Source: an uncultured archaeon
Lineage (GTDB): Archaea; Asgardarchaeota; Lokiarchaeia; Sigyniarchaeales; SOKP01
Reading direction: 5' to 3'
NCBI GenBank assembly: GCA_964525635.1
Contig: CAZGJX010000017.1
Coordinates: 1 to 47,844 of the forward strand
DNA length: 47,844 nucleotides
This document shows positions 29,881 through 40,505 of the stretch, piece by piece. Within the stretch, counting starts at the first letter, position 1, and every line of letters starts with the position of its first letter. The notes under the pieces were generated by a model that was given only the letters and a program-made list of their open reading frames with translations, did no database searches and was not told the origin of the DNA. Both the position numbers and the translations under genes were made by a program.

Positions 29881-31110
29881 ATGTCAGTAGAACCAATGAA
29901 ATTATTTTTTAAGGAAATTAAAGAACCTGTCGAAACAGCTATGATTGGAAATTACGCTGTTGCTGGTGGAGTTACTCAAACAGATCCAGATGTTATATGT
30001 GCTTTTCCAATAACGCCTCAAACACAATCTGTTGAGGGATTATCTGATGTAGTACATCAAGGAAGATTGAAAGCTGCCTTCGTCAATGTTGAATCAGAAT
30101 TAGCTGCTATGAGTTATGCTACAGCAGCATGCGCTGCAGGAGCAAGAGCTTTCACAGCTACAGCTAGCCAAGGTTATTTACTAATGGCAGAAGGACTTCC
30201 AATGGCGGTAGGATGGAGATTACCTTTAACGATGATGATTAGTGCAAGAGCTTTTAATGCTCCAAATTTAAGCATATGGAACCAATGGGAATATTGTCAA
30301 GTTAATTCTGAACTTGGTTGGAATATTATTGTATCTGAAAATGTTCAAGAGACTTATGATGCTTCAATTCTTTCAGTAATGATTTCTGAAGATTCGTTAT
30401 TTCCAACTATATTTGTTCATGATGGATTTATCATTTCTCATTCTGTCCAAAAATTAACTTTAATTCCAGATGAAATTGTAAGACGAATGACTCCTAAAAA
30501 ATCTCGACATACAATTGATCCATCAAAACCTGGTGTTTGGGGCGGTATTGTTACTCCTGATTATTTTATGGAAGGAAGAATAAGTCTTGATGAAGCAAAA
30601 AAGCCTGTTCTAGGACAAATGAAATCTACTTTTGATAAATTTAAATCAGAAACTGGGAGAGAGTACAATTTAATTGAAACCTATAATTTAGATAATTCAT
30701 CCAAAACTGCTATTTGTACAATGGGTTCATTGTGTGGTAATGTAATTAGTTGGATGACTAAAAATCAAGATATAGGATTGATTAAAATTCGAGCATATAG
30801 ACCTTTTCCAGTTGAAGAATTACGTAAAATTGTTGAAGAACATAATATTGAAAAGTTGATTCTTTTAGAGAAAAGTGATGCTCTAAATGGAATGCTCCCT
30901 CCTTTTTCAATGTCAGTAGCAACTGCTCTTTATCCTCTTAAAACATTATTTAGAAGCTTTATTGTTGGTTTGGGCGGTCGAGATGTGACGAGAGATGAAT
31001 TTAATATCGCTAAAAAGAAAATGGAAACTGTAACTGATATGAAAGGATCTCTTTATACATATCTTGGAGTTAGAGAAACAAAACAAAAAATAGTAGGAGT
31101 TGATCAATAA
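29881..31110 (+). CDS. porA: Pyruvate/2-ketoisovalerate:ferredoxin oxidoreductase alpha subunit
   Basis: FPITPQT, VESE, TATASQG, DGFIISH and GLGGRDV; ATG 29881 follows SD GAGGT. Confidence 0.92.
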   Translation: MSVEPMKLFFKEIKEPVETAMIGNYAVAGGVTQTDPDVICAFPITPQTQSVEGLSDVVHQGRLKAAFVNVESELAAMSYATAACAAGARAFTATASQGYLLMAEGLPMAVGWRLPLTMMISARAFNAPNLSIWNQWEYCQVNSELGWNIIVSENVQETYDASILSVMISEDSLFPTIFVHDGFIISHSVQKLTLIPDEIVRRMTPKKSRHTIDPSKPGVWGGIVTPDYFMEGRISLDEAKKPVLGQMKSTFDKFKSETGREYNLIETYNLDNSSKTAICTMGSLCGNVISWMTKNQDIGLIKIRAYRPFPVEELRKIVEEHNIEKLILLEKSDALNGMLPPFSMSVATALYPLKTLFRSFIVGLGGRDVTRDEFNIAKKKMETVTDMKGSLYTYLGVRETKQKIVGVDQ

Positions 31111-31111
31111 A

Positions 31112-32197
31112 ATGTCAAAACCAGAGAGAAATGTTATAGATTTTGAAGATGTACTTGCTCGAGATGAAAAATGTAATGTTTTATTTTTCAATTATGATAA
31201 TGAAGCATTCATGAATACTGGAATTCAAGAGTCAGGTTCAACACCTCCATTTGCTAGTACAACAACAGGACCTGCTGGAGAGAAAATACCCGGAAAGATA
31301 GGTGTAAAACAAGATTTAGTCACTCCATTTGCTTTTTACGGAACCAAGAAACTTTTTCTAGCTACTCTCAACCCTGCCTATCCTGCTGATTTTATTGGTA
31401 AGGTGGCAGATGCTTTAAAATCAAATGGTTCAGCTTTTCTGCAAGCTTATTCTGATTGTATGAGAGGTTGGAGACATGGAGCTTCAGCAGCATTACAAAT
31501 ATCAAAATTAGCAACTGATTGTGGATATTGGCCTTTATATACAATTCGCGTTGAAGATGGAATCCCTAAATTCACCTATTACCGAGGATTAGACATTGAT
31601 AAAGATAAATTTGTTGAATATCTTAAATCAATGGGAAAATTCAGCCATCTTTTTAGACCAGAATTTAGAGAAAAAGAAATAGATGAAATTATTTACATGA
31701 CGGAACAGAGAAATAATAAATTAAAAAAGCTTATAGAAATATTCCCAGCAGAAAAACCAATTGAATTTTATAAAGTCAATCGGAAAAAATTGGAACCTCA
31801 AACCCACTTACAACCTGGTCATGGATTATGTCCTGGATGTGGAGCAGGAATGGTTTTAAATCAATTAGCTACAGCAGCTCAAGCAGTTGCTGGGAAAAAT
31901 ATCATTTATGTAAATAATACCAGTTGTTCGGAAGTCTCAACTTCTAAAGATAATTTTACTTCTTGGAACGTTCCTTGGGTTCATCACCTTTTTGAATCTG
32001 GAGCAACCGTAGCAGATGCTATATCAACCACTAAAAAGATTCTAAAAACAAAGGGATTATACAATCAGGATATTCCATATGTTATTCATATTGGTGGAGA
32101 TGGTTCCACTTATGATATTGGATTCCAATTTCTCAAGGCCGCATTAATTAGAACCAGTAGTTTCCTTGAAATGAACGAATATCTAAATATTAAATAA
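31112..32197 (+). CDS. porB: Pyruvate/2-ketoisovalerate:ferredoxin oxidoreductase beta subunit, circularly permuted
   Basis: YDNEAFMNTGIQ lies at the N-terminus, while PGHGLCPGCG, TSCSEV, HHLFE and GGDGSTYDIG lie in the C-terminal part. Confidence 0.9.
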   Translation: MSKPERNVIDFEDVLARDEKCNVLFFNYDNEAFMNTGIQESGSTPPFASTTTGPAGEKIPGKIGVKQDLVTPFAFYGTKKLFLATLNPAYPADFIGKVADALKSNGSAFLQAYSDCMRGWRHGASAALQISKLATDCGYWPLYTIRVEDGIPKFTYYRGLDIDKDKFVEYLKSMGKFSHLFRPEFREKEIDEIIYMTEQRNNKLKKLIEIFPAEKPIEFYKVNRKKLEPQTHLQPGHGLCPGCGAGMVLNQLATAAQAVAGKNIIYVNNTSCSEVSTSKDNFTSWNVPWVHHLFESGATVADAISTTKKILKTKGLYNQDIPYVIHIGGDGSTYDIGFQFLKAALIRTSSFLEMNEYLNIK

Positions 32198-32438
32198 ATT
32201 TTTTAAATTCTAATTTATTTTCTTTTTATTTTAATTAAGCTATAATGTAGATCATTATTTACAGTTTAGATAATATTATAAAAATTTTTTCTTAAAATAT
32301 AAAAGCTTTTTTAAAACTCATTAATCACTATATAAAGATAATGGAGGATTCTTATATATATTAAAAAACTTCAGAATTACTCTTTTTAATTTAAAGTGGA
32401 AAAAAAAAAAATTTATTATAATTTGGAAATTTTAGAAT

Positions 32439-35285
32439 TTATTTATTCATCATATTAAGGATGAGATCTCTATCTTCTAAGTCAATAATACCATCTTGAT
32501 TAACATCAGATGCTTCTTCATCAAATATTTCAGGATTCAGACCATGAATATAATCAAATACCAAATTAGCATCTACAAGATCAATAGATCCGTCATAATT
32601 AACATCTCCCAATACATTTCTAATACTGATTTGATGGATTCCCCATGGATGAGAATAATTTACAGGTTGGAATACATGAAATCTATAATCTAATTTTTCT
32701 GGAGTGAATTTACCAAATATTTGGTTGAAATATACAGTAGCTTCTGAATAACTATATGAAATTCCAAACTTCACAAGACCAAAAAAAGAAAGATCAAATA
32801 TAGTATTCTCTCCTTCTTCCCATTCAATACTTACAAGTTCTTGGCTTAATGCATCTATATCTTTTACCATGTCAACCCACCGAACATCTGTAGGAACATT
32901 ACCATTATGGTGTTCACTGTAATTATAAAAAAATTCTCCTTGGGGTTTTTCTTCCCATATAAGATTAGGCCCATAATTTTCAGGTAAATCACCTAAATAT
33001 CCATAGTCATTATTAAAGTCAGTCACAGAATCATCTGTAAGAATAATAGATCCATCTCTGAAATTTGAAAGGACTGTCCGTACTATAATATCTGTATCTG
33101 GATATTTAATATTTAGTTTCGTTGCATAGCCAGAAACCTTATAATATACAATTACTGTTTCAGTAGTAGGCTCTTCACCTTCTTCGAAAGAAAAAGAGGA
33201 CCCTTCATAGAATATTTGTTTCTCATCATTATTATTATCATCCCATGTTGCAATTGGCCCTGACATAGGAATATACCCACCAATACCCGAACCACTAAAA
33301 ATAGGAATATTAACTGTTAAATCTAGATTGAAATGCTCAGAAGAATAATAATAAAAGATCATATTCGTAAAAGTATTAGCTATTTCTGGGGGTTCAATCC
33401 ATGCAATAGGAATTGGAAATTTAACAAATTCTTCAGAACTTTCCTCTATATCCATCAAATTACAATAAAAATTATCCAAATAATATTTAGAATAATAAGA
33501 AATTGAACCTGTTTTATGAATTATAGATAAATCTGTTATATCATATAGTGGTCCTATTGGTATGGTATAGATTCCTCTAAATATTCCATCTACATAAGCC
33601 TGACAAGTTGCAGAAACTATTCCCATGTCATTGATAAATGACAATGCTAACTCTACTGTAGTCATTGTATTTCCCAGAATAGGATTGTATATAAATGTGG
33701 TATCTGCATAAGTTTCACAATTCTTAATACCTAGTGTAGCGTGTGTTGAACATAGCATATATGTTATTATAAAACCAATATTTCCATTACTTAATTTTAT
33801 TTGTAACTCAGCAGCACCATCTTGGTCGGAGGGATCATAATTGTAATGTCCAATGTCGAACTTCAAATAAATTATTTTTGGTTCTTCTCCTTCCCCTCCT
33901 CTATAGTCTATATCTTGTAAATTAAGGTCTTTCGCGATTTGTTGTTTTAATGGATGACTTGCACTTCCTCCAGCAGCATAAAATTCGAGTAAATTACCGG
34001 GAGTATCACCTTTATTCAAGGAAACTTCATTAGAATTAACAACCTTTATATAACTATCAGCAGTATTTTGATCTGTGTATCCTGATTCAGGAGTAGTTCT
34101 TGTCCATCCCCAAGGTATGCTACCTGGGATATCATATTCAAAATCAAAGAAATTTTCGAGACCGGGATAAGATCCTTCTACTAAATTATTCCCTATTATT
34201 TCATCGGTATCTATGAGATAATGTCCGGGATGATCAGTATGATAGATGGAATCAATATATCCACTGGCATATACTTCTACTCTATAATTATAATTCCCTG
34301 GTAAATCAGGAGTAAAAGTATAAGATTGGAGATCTACACCATTAACGGTTGCGATTTGTGTCCATCCTTCACCATTTCGGCTTGTCATTACTTTTGTATA
34401 AACTCCATAAGGATATCTCCAATCTGTGTTATACGTAATTGCCCACCATTCAAGAGTTAATGATTCACCAAAATTAATATTTGTGTCTGAGATTGTGAGA
34501 TCTACACTTGTATGTAAATTTACTGTTATTATACCGCTTTCTTGTTGAGCAATAAAAAATGGACCATTAATCCTATAGTTTGTCATTGTATGCCAATCAT
34601 AATATCCTTTATATTCAGCATATTCTTTTAGTAAAAATCTGCATTCTCCAAGAAGAAGTAGTTTTTTATCAAAGTTTTTATCACCTAATCCATAAATCGT
34701 GTCGATCTTAGACCAACTACTCCAAATTCCAGTGGTTATGGGTTTTTCACTAAACCATATTTCTGTATAATAATTCTGAAACCAATATAAACCATCTCTA
34801 GGTTTATCTATTGCTGTCCAATCCACCTGGACAGTTTCTCCGAAATAAACATTAGTATCGGATATAGTAATATATAATGGTGCACTAGCAGCTAAATTAG
34901 GTTGAATGAAGTTAAAAATACTTACAGTATTTATCAGAAAAATAGCCAGAAATAATTGAGGGTATTTTAGAATTTAGGTAATGAATCTAAAATTAAAAAT
35001 CATTCAAATAATAGCGACAGAAATCCCCTTTATATCACCTCGAAATTTGTCGGAGTGAAAAGATCTTACAAGAATGAGGAAAAACGGCAATTTTATTATC
35101 GAAAATGGATAAAATGGCGATTTTCATTCAAAAAACATCACCCATATTCTTCCGACACTAAACGATTTGATATAGTCGAAATTAATGTCGGCTTTAAATT
35201 AATGATTCTTAAATTTCAATCAAAATGAAAGAATCAAAAATACCCTCAATTCAATATATATTTTTTTTAATTTTTGTTTTCTCAT
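32439..35285 (-). pseudogene. Secreted 850-aa beta-rich protein with a C-terminal dockerin, signal peptide interrupted by a MITE
   Basis: Dockerin loops GDVNYDGSIDLVD and SDVNQDGIIDLED. Removing 34958-35247 and one AATT gives the in-frame N-terminus MRKQKLKKIYIELFLAIFLINTVSIFNFIQPNLAASAP. Confidence 0.82.
34958..35247. mobile_element. 290-bp MITE with GAGGGTATTTT TIRs and an AATT TSD
   Basis: Perfect 11-bp TIRs; AATT at 34954-34957 and 35248-35251; AATCATT and CGACA occur at identical offsets from both ends; inner inverted repeat TGTCGGA (35048-35054) / TCCGACA (35151-35157). Confidence 0.9.
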
Positions 35286-35641
35286 TTTTTTTCAATTCTT
35301 ATATTAATTTAAGTAAAAACATCTTTATTGGTATATAAAGGTATTAGGGACAAAATTGAATATTATATAAAATTTAACAGAGTAATTAAAGAAAGTAAAG
35401 AATACTCATGAAAATATAGAAGTATATGATTTTTTTTATGAATGCTATATTTAATTATCTAATTTAACTTGAGGATTTTATTCATATTTTTAAAAATAAT
35501 ATTATTCCTAAATAATATCTATATTTTCTCTGTGAAGAGTTTATATGAAGAGAATTTGGATATTTTTATACGAAAGTATTAGAATTATTTCACAATTTTT
35601 AATTTATTGGTGTTAATTAAATTTACTCAATAATATCATAA

Positions 35642-36073
35642 ATGACAACTTTCAAGGATTTAGATAAAGATTCAGATTTATCAGAATTTAAAAAGCTTCG
35701 GCTCGGAGATCTCAGGCTTTTATGGCATAATAGTTTCTGGGATGGTCCAATTAATGGAATTCTAATATATCAAGGAAGAAAATGCTGGTTTGAGTCAATA
35801 GTTGATTTAGAAGAAGATATAAGACAATTTGTTATTATTGAATTAACTCCAGAACAACTTAAAGAGGAAGAGTATTGGCATAAACTTTTCCAAGAATATG
35901 TTGGAATGCATACAGATTATGATGAAAATAATAAGAGAACAGGGAAATGTAAACCTAAGGATTTATATGATAAATTTTATAATCCTTATAGATCATTTCG
36001 AGAGAAGAATCCTCGAGATTATTCTAATAATAAAGTTTTAGCTATATTTTCAATAGGTCAAATTGATGAATAA
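35642..36073 (+). CDS. Hypothetical protein
   Basis: 143 aa, Trp-rich segment LWHNSFWDGPINGI; family not recognised. Confidence 0.75.
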   Translation: MTTFKDLDKDSDLSEFKKLRLGDLRLLWHNSFWDGPINGILIYQGRKCWFESIVDLEEDIRQFVIIELTPEQLKEEEYWHKLFQEYVGMHTDYDENNKRTGKCKPKDLYDKFYNPYRSFREKNPRDYSNNKVLAIFSIGQIDE

Positions 36074-36287
36074 TACATAATCATATAGAAAACCAAAGGG
36101 GTCTAACAAATAAACACTTATAAAAAATTATATTATAAGTATGAAAACTGGAGAGGTGTGTCGATTATTGTAAATAACTAAAGTTACCCTCTATAAATAT
36201 CAGAAAGAAGGAAAACTCTTGGTACACAAACTCCCTAATGTATATTGGAATTGGGATGATGAATCTGTATATTCCTATTTTAATAAA

Positions 36288-36464
36288 ATCAATGCGGATG
36301 TGAATGCCGCAATGAATATTTTAAGAAAAGAGTTCCCACAGCCTTTGATGGTAAGGGAATAGCGGCGATGGTGTTATCGCCCCGAATTGTTAAAATTTGT
36401 TAAAAGTACAACAATTTTATATGATTCTTAATAGAACTTTATAAGTTATACTGGTTCTAATAAC
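36288..36464 (+). mobile_element. 3' remnant of a tnpB (IS200/IS605/IS607 OrfB) element
   Basis: INADVNAAMNILRK RuvC-III motif, a frameshifted tail ending at TAA 36401-36403, and hairpin GGCGATGG-TG-TTATCGCC at 36364-36381. Confidence 0.75.
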
Positions 36465-36544
36465 ATGAGATCTCAATTAGAAATTAAATAATTGTGTAAA
36501 TTAAAATTAAAATAAATGAGAAATAATTAGGTATTGATCTAAAA

Positions 36545-36952
36545 TTGTTATTAATTGAAGAGTTAAAAATTAAAACTCCTACAAAAGAGATTTTGATAGA
36601 TATAACTGATAAGATTCAGAATATTATAACAATATCAGGTATTTCTGAGGGAGTTTGTAGAATATTTATACCACATACAACTGCAGGAATTACAATTAAT
36701 GAGAACACGGATCCTTCTGTTAAAAAAGATATTATATCGTTTTTAAAAAAATTAGTACCTCAAAACGCTAATTTTGAACATTTGGAGGGAAATTCAGATG
36801 CTCATATTAAAAGTATTCTCATGGGATTTTCTTTGGAAATATTAATTTACAATAGAAAATTGAAGTTAGGGATTTGACAAGGAATTATGTTTGCAGAATT
36901 TGATGGTCCAAGACATAGAAAAGTTTTTTTACAAATCCAAGGAAGTAAATAA
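36545..36952 (+). pseudogene. yjbQ: YjbQ/UPF0047 family protein with an in-frame TGA
   Basis: PHTTAGITINEN and HLEGNSDAHIKS, then LGI*QGIMFAEFDGPRHRKV; TGA at 36875-36877 sits at the conserved Trp of LGTWQ. Confidence 0.85.
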
Positions 36953-37176
36953 AAGAGAATGTTAGATCTTTTACTCTTAATTGGTTTATAAAATTGGAAC
37001 CATGTTAATAATACAATCATACCATCTATTTTGTATATTAAGCTATTAATTAAATGATTTTAATTATAAATTTATGATATATTGCATATAAAAATAAAGT
37101 TTATTTCCGATTTAATAAATAACAATTAAAAGAACTAATCCAAAGTTTATATAATAAAAAAAAATAAAGCCTTTAT

Positions 37177-37749
37177 GTGGATATCTTGAATTATATACCA
37201 AATAATAAAAATCAAGAAGAAATTAATAGCACATGTTGGGATATTATTGAAGTCTCCAAGGTAGACGACATAATTTTAAAACGCCTGATTGATAAGTTAA
37301 ATTTAGGGATAAGTGATGATTTTTTTATTTCATTTGAAAGCTTAATAAAGTTAGGAAAGCAGGCTAAATCAGGTATTATTTCTTATATCGAAGAAAATAA
37401 TATAGATTCTTTCATAAAAAACGTTCTGATCTATATTCTTTATTATATTAATCATGATGAGTTTGATTTACCCCTTATTATAAATTTATACAATACAGAC
37501 TTTATAATTAGAGCAAAATCAATTATGAGTTTGGAGGAAACAGGTATTATACCATATTTAAATTTCGTTTTACCTCTCATAAATGATCCTGATGATTCTG
37601 TTCGTTGGGCAGTTATAAAATTATTAATTACAAATGATTTACTTAAAAATCCTTTAGTAAAAGAACACTTAGAAAATCATATAAAGCAAGAATTAAATCC
37701 AATAATCAAGAAAAATATAAGGACATTTCTTGATGAAGAAGAATTATAA
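37177..37749 (+). CDS. HEAT-repeat protein
   Basis: Repeats ESLIKLGKQA, DFIIRAKSIMSL and LINDPDDSVRWAVIKLL. Confidence 0.75.
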   Translation: MDILNYIPNNKNQEEINSTCWDIIEVSKVDDIILKRLIDKLNLGISDDFFISFESLIKLGKQAKSGIISYIEENNIDSFIKNVLIYILYYINHDEFDLPLIINLYNTDFIIRAKSIMSLEETGIIPYLNFVLPLINDPDDSVRWAVIKLLITNDLLKNPLVKEHLENHIKQELNPIIKKNIRTFLDEEEL

Positions 37750-37802
37750 AATTTTTAAAACTGCTATTTTTAAAATATATGAACAATTCTATTTAATCTG
37801 AA

Positions 37803-38612
37803 ATGTTATTGGGATTAAATCAAAATTCATGTAAAAATCTTACAACTTTAGAATTTATTAAAAAAACAAAACGATTTCAAGGAATTGAACTTGATTTTAA
37901 AAAAATAAGTAATGATATTTCTGATACTTTCACTTTATCAAATCTATTGGAATATATTGAGATGTATGATACTAAATTAATAAATTTATTCCAATTAGAA
38001 GACTTTTCACTTTGTTCTGATAAAAAATTTAAAACTACAATAATCCCCACTTTAAGGAAAATGATCCATTATTGTTATAAGTTAGAATGTGATTTAATTA
38101 CAATTACTCCTTCTTTTGAATCAAGAGATATACCTAAATGGAGAATTATTAGAAAAACAGAGAATAGAATAAGAGAAATTGTAAAAATTTCTTATAAGGA
38201 AGGTATAAGAATAGGGTTTGAATTTATAAATAGCCCTGATTCTTCAATTCAAACCCTCCAAGAGGCAAAAAAGGTACTAAATTCTTTTACTGATCAAGAT
38301 ACCTTAGGTTATATACTTGATACATATCATTTAGGAAAGAATAATGATATATTCGAAAATATAATTGATATTATTGATGATATTTACTTGATACAATTAA
38401 GTGATTTTATGAATACTCTTGAAGATATTGAGGATTCACCAGAAATAAATAAAAGATTTTTTCCAGGAGAAGGAATATTTAATTTTAAAGAATTTTTAAA
38501 CTTCACAGAAAAATATAGATATAAGAACTTTTTTTCTATTGAATTAAACCAAAATATATGCAAGATAGATTATTATAGAAAATTTTTAAAATCAGATTTT
38601 CTAAAATATTGA
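37803..38612 (+). CDS. Sugar phosphate isomerase/epimerase (xylose isomerase-like TIM barrel)
   Basis: Motifs GIEL, IGFEF, LDTYH, QLSD, RFFPGEG and SIEL. Confidence 0.8.
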   Translation: MLLGLNQNSCKNLTTLEFIKKTKRFQGIELDFKKISNDISDTFTLSNLLEYIEMYDTKLINLFQLEDFSLCSDKKFKTTIIPTLRKMIHYCYKLECDLITITPSFESRDIPKWRIIRKTENRIREIVKISYKEGIRIGFEFINSPDSSIQTLQEAKKVLNSFTDQDTLGYILDTYHLGKNNDIFENIIDIIDDIYLIQLSDFMNTLEDIEDSPEINKRFFPGEGIFNFKEFLNFTEKYRYKNFFSIELNQNICKIDYYRKFLKSDFLKY

Positions 38613-38985
38613 TTTTATTTTTAAATAGGAATTTTTATAAATATTTTTTAAATTATTAATCTAAAAATATATTTAAAATAAGATTAAAAGGTAATACTAA
38701 TAACTTAGTTATATTTTTTTTCAGAAAGAAAAGTAAAAAGTTATAATTGAAATGTCTATTAAATTATTATATATATAGAGTAATTTATAATAAAACAACT
38801 CAAAAATAAATAAAAAAAAACCCAAAATATAATTTAAATTATTTTTATAATTTATATTAAATTTAATAATAAAAACTGAAATAGAAAAAAGGTTATATAT
38901 TTTAGTAAAATAATATTGTTCTAAATATATATCCAACGTTAGGATAAAATAAAAAAAAAACTAATATTTCCATAGGTGTATACAA

Positions 38986-39531
38986 ATTCCTAATTATGAT
39001 TATACTTTTAAGATTCTGCTACTAGGGGATGCTAGTGTAGGTAAAACCTCATTTACAAAGAGATATTGTTATAATATCTTTAATCCAAGTGAACGCTTAA
39101 CTATTGGAGTAGATTTTCATGTAAAAACCATCGAACTAGAACATAAAGGAAGTAATAAAAAGATAAAACTTCAGATATGGGATATAGGCGGTGAGGAAAG
39201 ATTTCGCTTTTTACTCCCCACATACTGTCTTGGTGCAAATGCTGCCTTCCTTTTGTATGATATTACTAGACCTTCAACCTTAGATAATATCCCCGCATGG
39301 ACAACTATTGTAAGACAAAAAGGAGGGGCTATTCCTATTATGTTAGTGGGTGCCAAACTTGATTTAGCTACAGAACAACGAAAAATTCCACGTGAACAAG
39401 GAGTTCAAATTGCAGAGAGAAATAAATTATCTGGTTTTGTAGAAATTTCTGCTAAAAACGATAATAACGTAAATAAGGCATTTGAAAATTTAGCTGATCT
39501 GACTTTAGAGAAAATGGAAAGTAAAATGTAG
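38986..39531 (+). CDS. Rab-like small GTPase (181 aa, probable ATT start)
   Basis: The frame of ORF 39253-39531 extends upstream: (I)PNYDYTFKILLLGDASVGKTS...TIGVDF...WDIGGEERF...GAKLD...ISAK. SD AGGTG at 38974-38978. Confidence 0.88.
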   Translation: MPNYDYTFKILLLGDASVGKTSFTKRYCYNIFNPSERLTIGVDFHVKTIELEHKGSNKKIKLQIWDIGGEERFRFLLPTYCLGANAAFLLYDITRPSTLDNIPAWTTIVRQKGGAIPIMLVGAKLDLATEQRKIPREQGVQIAERNKLSGFVEISAKNDNNVNKAFENLADLTLEKMESKM

Positions 39532-39539
39532 GTGATATC

Positions 39540-40505
39540 ATGGGAGAGGATGTGTTTTTAGCCTTAAACCAACTATTCGATTCAATAGGTGTAATAGAGA
39601 AAGGAATTGAAAGACTTTATCATTATTTATTATTAAATAAAAGAATAGATAATCTTAAAGAAGTATGTACTCAATTTAATCTAACTCTAAAACGTGGATA
39701 TAAAATATGCTCTGTTTTATCAGATTTAGACCTTGTTCAAATTTATGATAGACCGATGAAGATTATTTTACAAACCCCTGTTATACCAATTTGGCAGAGA
39801 TTAATTAATAATCGAATTGAAGTGTTGAAGAATAGACTTAATGAACAAGTCGATTATTGTGAAGATACATTTGAAAAATTCTCTAAATTATATGATTTAA
39901 AGAAAGAAGAAGTAGAACAAGAACCTGTAGAATTTATAAGTTATAGTTTAGACCATATTGAAGATCTGTTTTATCCATTTTTAGCAAATAAGGAATGTAA
40001 AATTGCTGTCGGAATTAGATATGAAAATATATTCATTTCATCAATAAAAAATGAAACAATCGATAATATCAATAAGAAATATAAGGATAATTTCTTCAAG
40101 GCAATTACTAATATAATCAATAATTTACAAAATATCAATATTCAAGTAATTCTTAATCATGAACTTATAGATATGTTATTAAAAAGCAGAGAATATAGAA
40201 TTTTCTCAAGTATTTTAGAAAAGGTTGATTTTAAATTTAACCAATTTGAAATACGAGTAACTGATGAATTCTTTAGCAATTTTAGTATTATTGATGATGA
40301 ATTGATTCAACCAAGTTTTGATCCATCAAATAAATTAATGGGAGCATATATTTCAAGAAATAAAAATATTTATGATATTTTTGCTGAAAAATTTATAGAT
40401 TTATTTAAACAAGGAACACCTATAAATCAATTTATTGAACAAAGTAATGATATAAATGTTGAGACTTTATCTAATTTTCAGAGTTTTGTATTATGTTTAT
40501 TATAA
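39540..40505 (+). CDS. TrmB-like transcription regulator (putative)
   Basis: N-terminal winged-HTH-like YKICSVLSDLDLVQIYDRPM, a coiled coil, and C-terminal NFSIIDDE; SD AGGTGA overlaps the GTPase stop. Confidence 0.6.
   Translation: MGEDVFLALNQLFDSIGVIEKGIERLYHYLLLNKRIDNLKEVCTQFNLTLKRGYKICSVLSDLDLVQIYDRPMKIILQTPVIPIWQRLINNRIEVLKNRLNEQVDYCEDTFEKFSKLYDLKKEEVEQEPVEFISYSLDHIEDLFYPFLANKECKIAVGIRYENIFISSIKNETIDNINKKYKDNFFKAITNIINNLQNINIQVILNHELIDMLLKSREYRIFSSILEKVDFKFNQFEIRVTDEFFSNFSIIDDELIQPSFDPSNKLMGAYISRNKNIYDIFAEKFIDLFKQGTPINQFIEQSNDINVETLSNFQSFVLCLL

Noticed and set aside
34958-35247. MITE as a BHB-spliced intron
   Set aside because: The ends pair as a continuous helix with the palindromic TSD and have no opposing 3-nt bulges
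38721-38936. 71-aa ORF (also 27074-27271)
   Set aside because: Low-complexity F/I/N/Y translation of AT-rich intergenic or IS-end DNA
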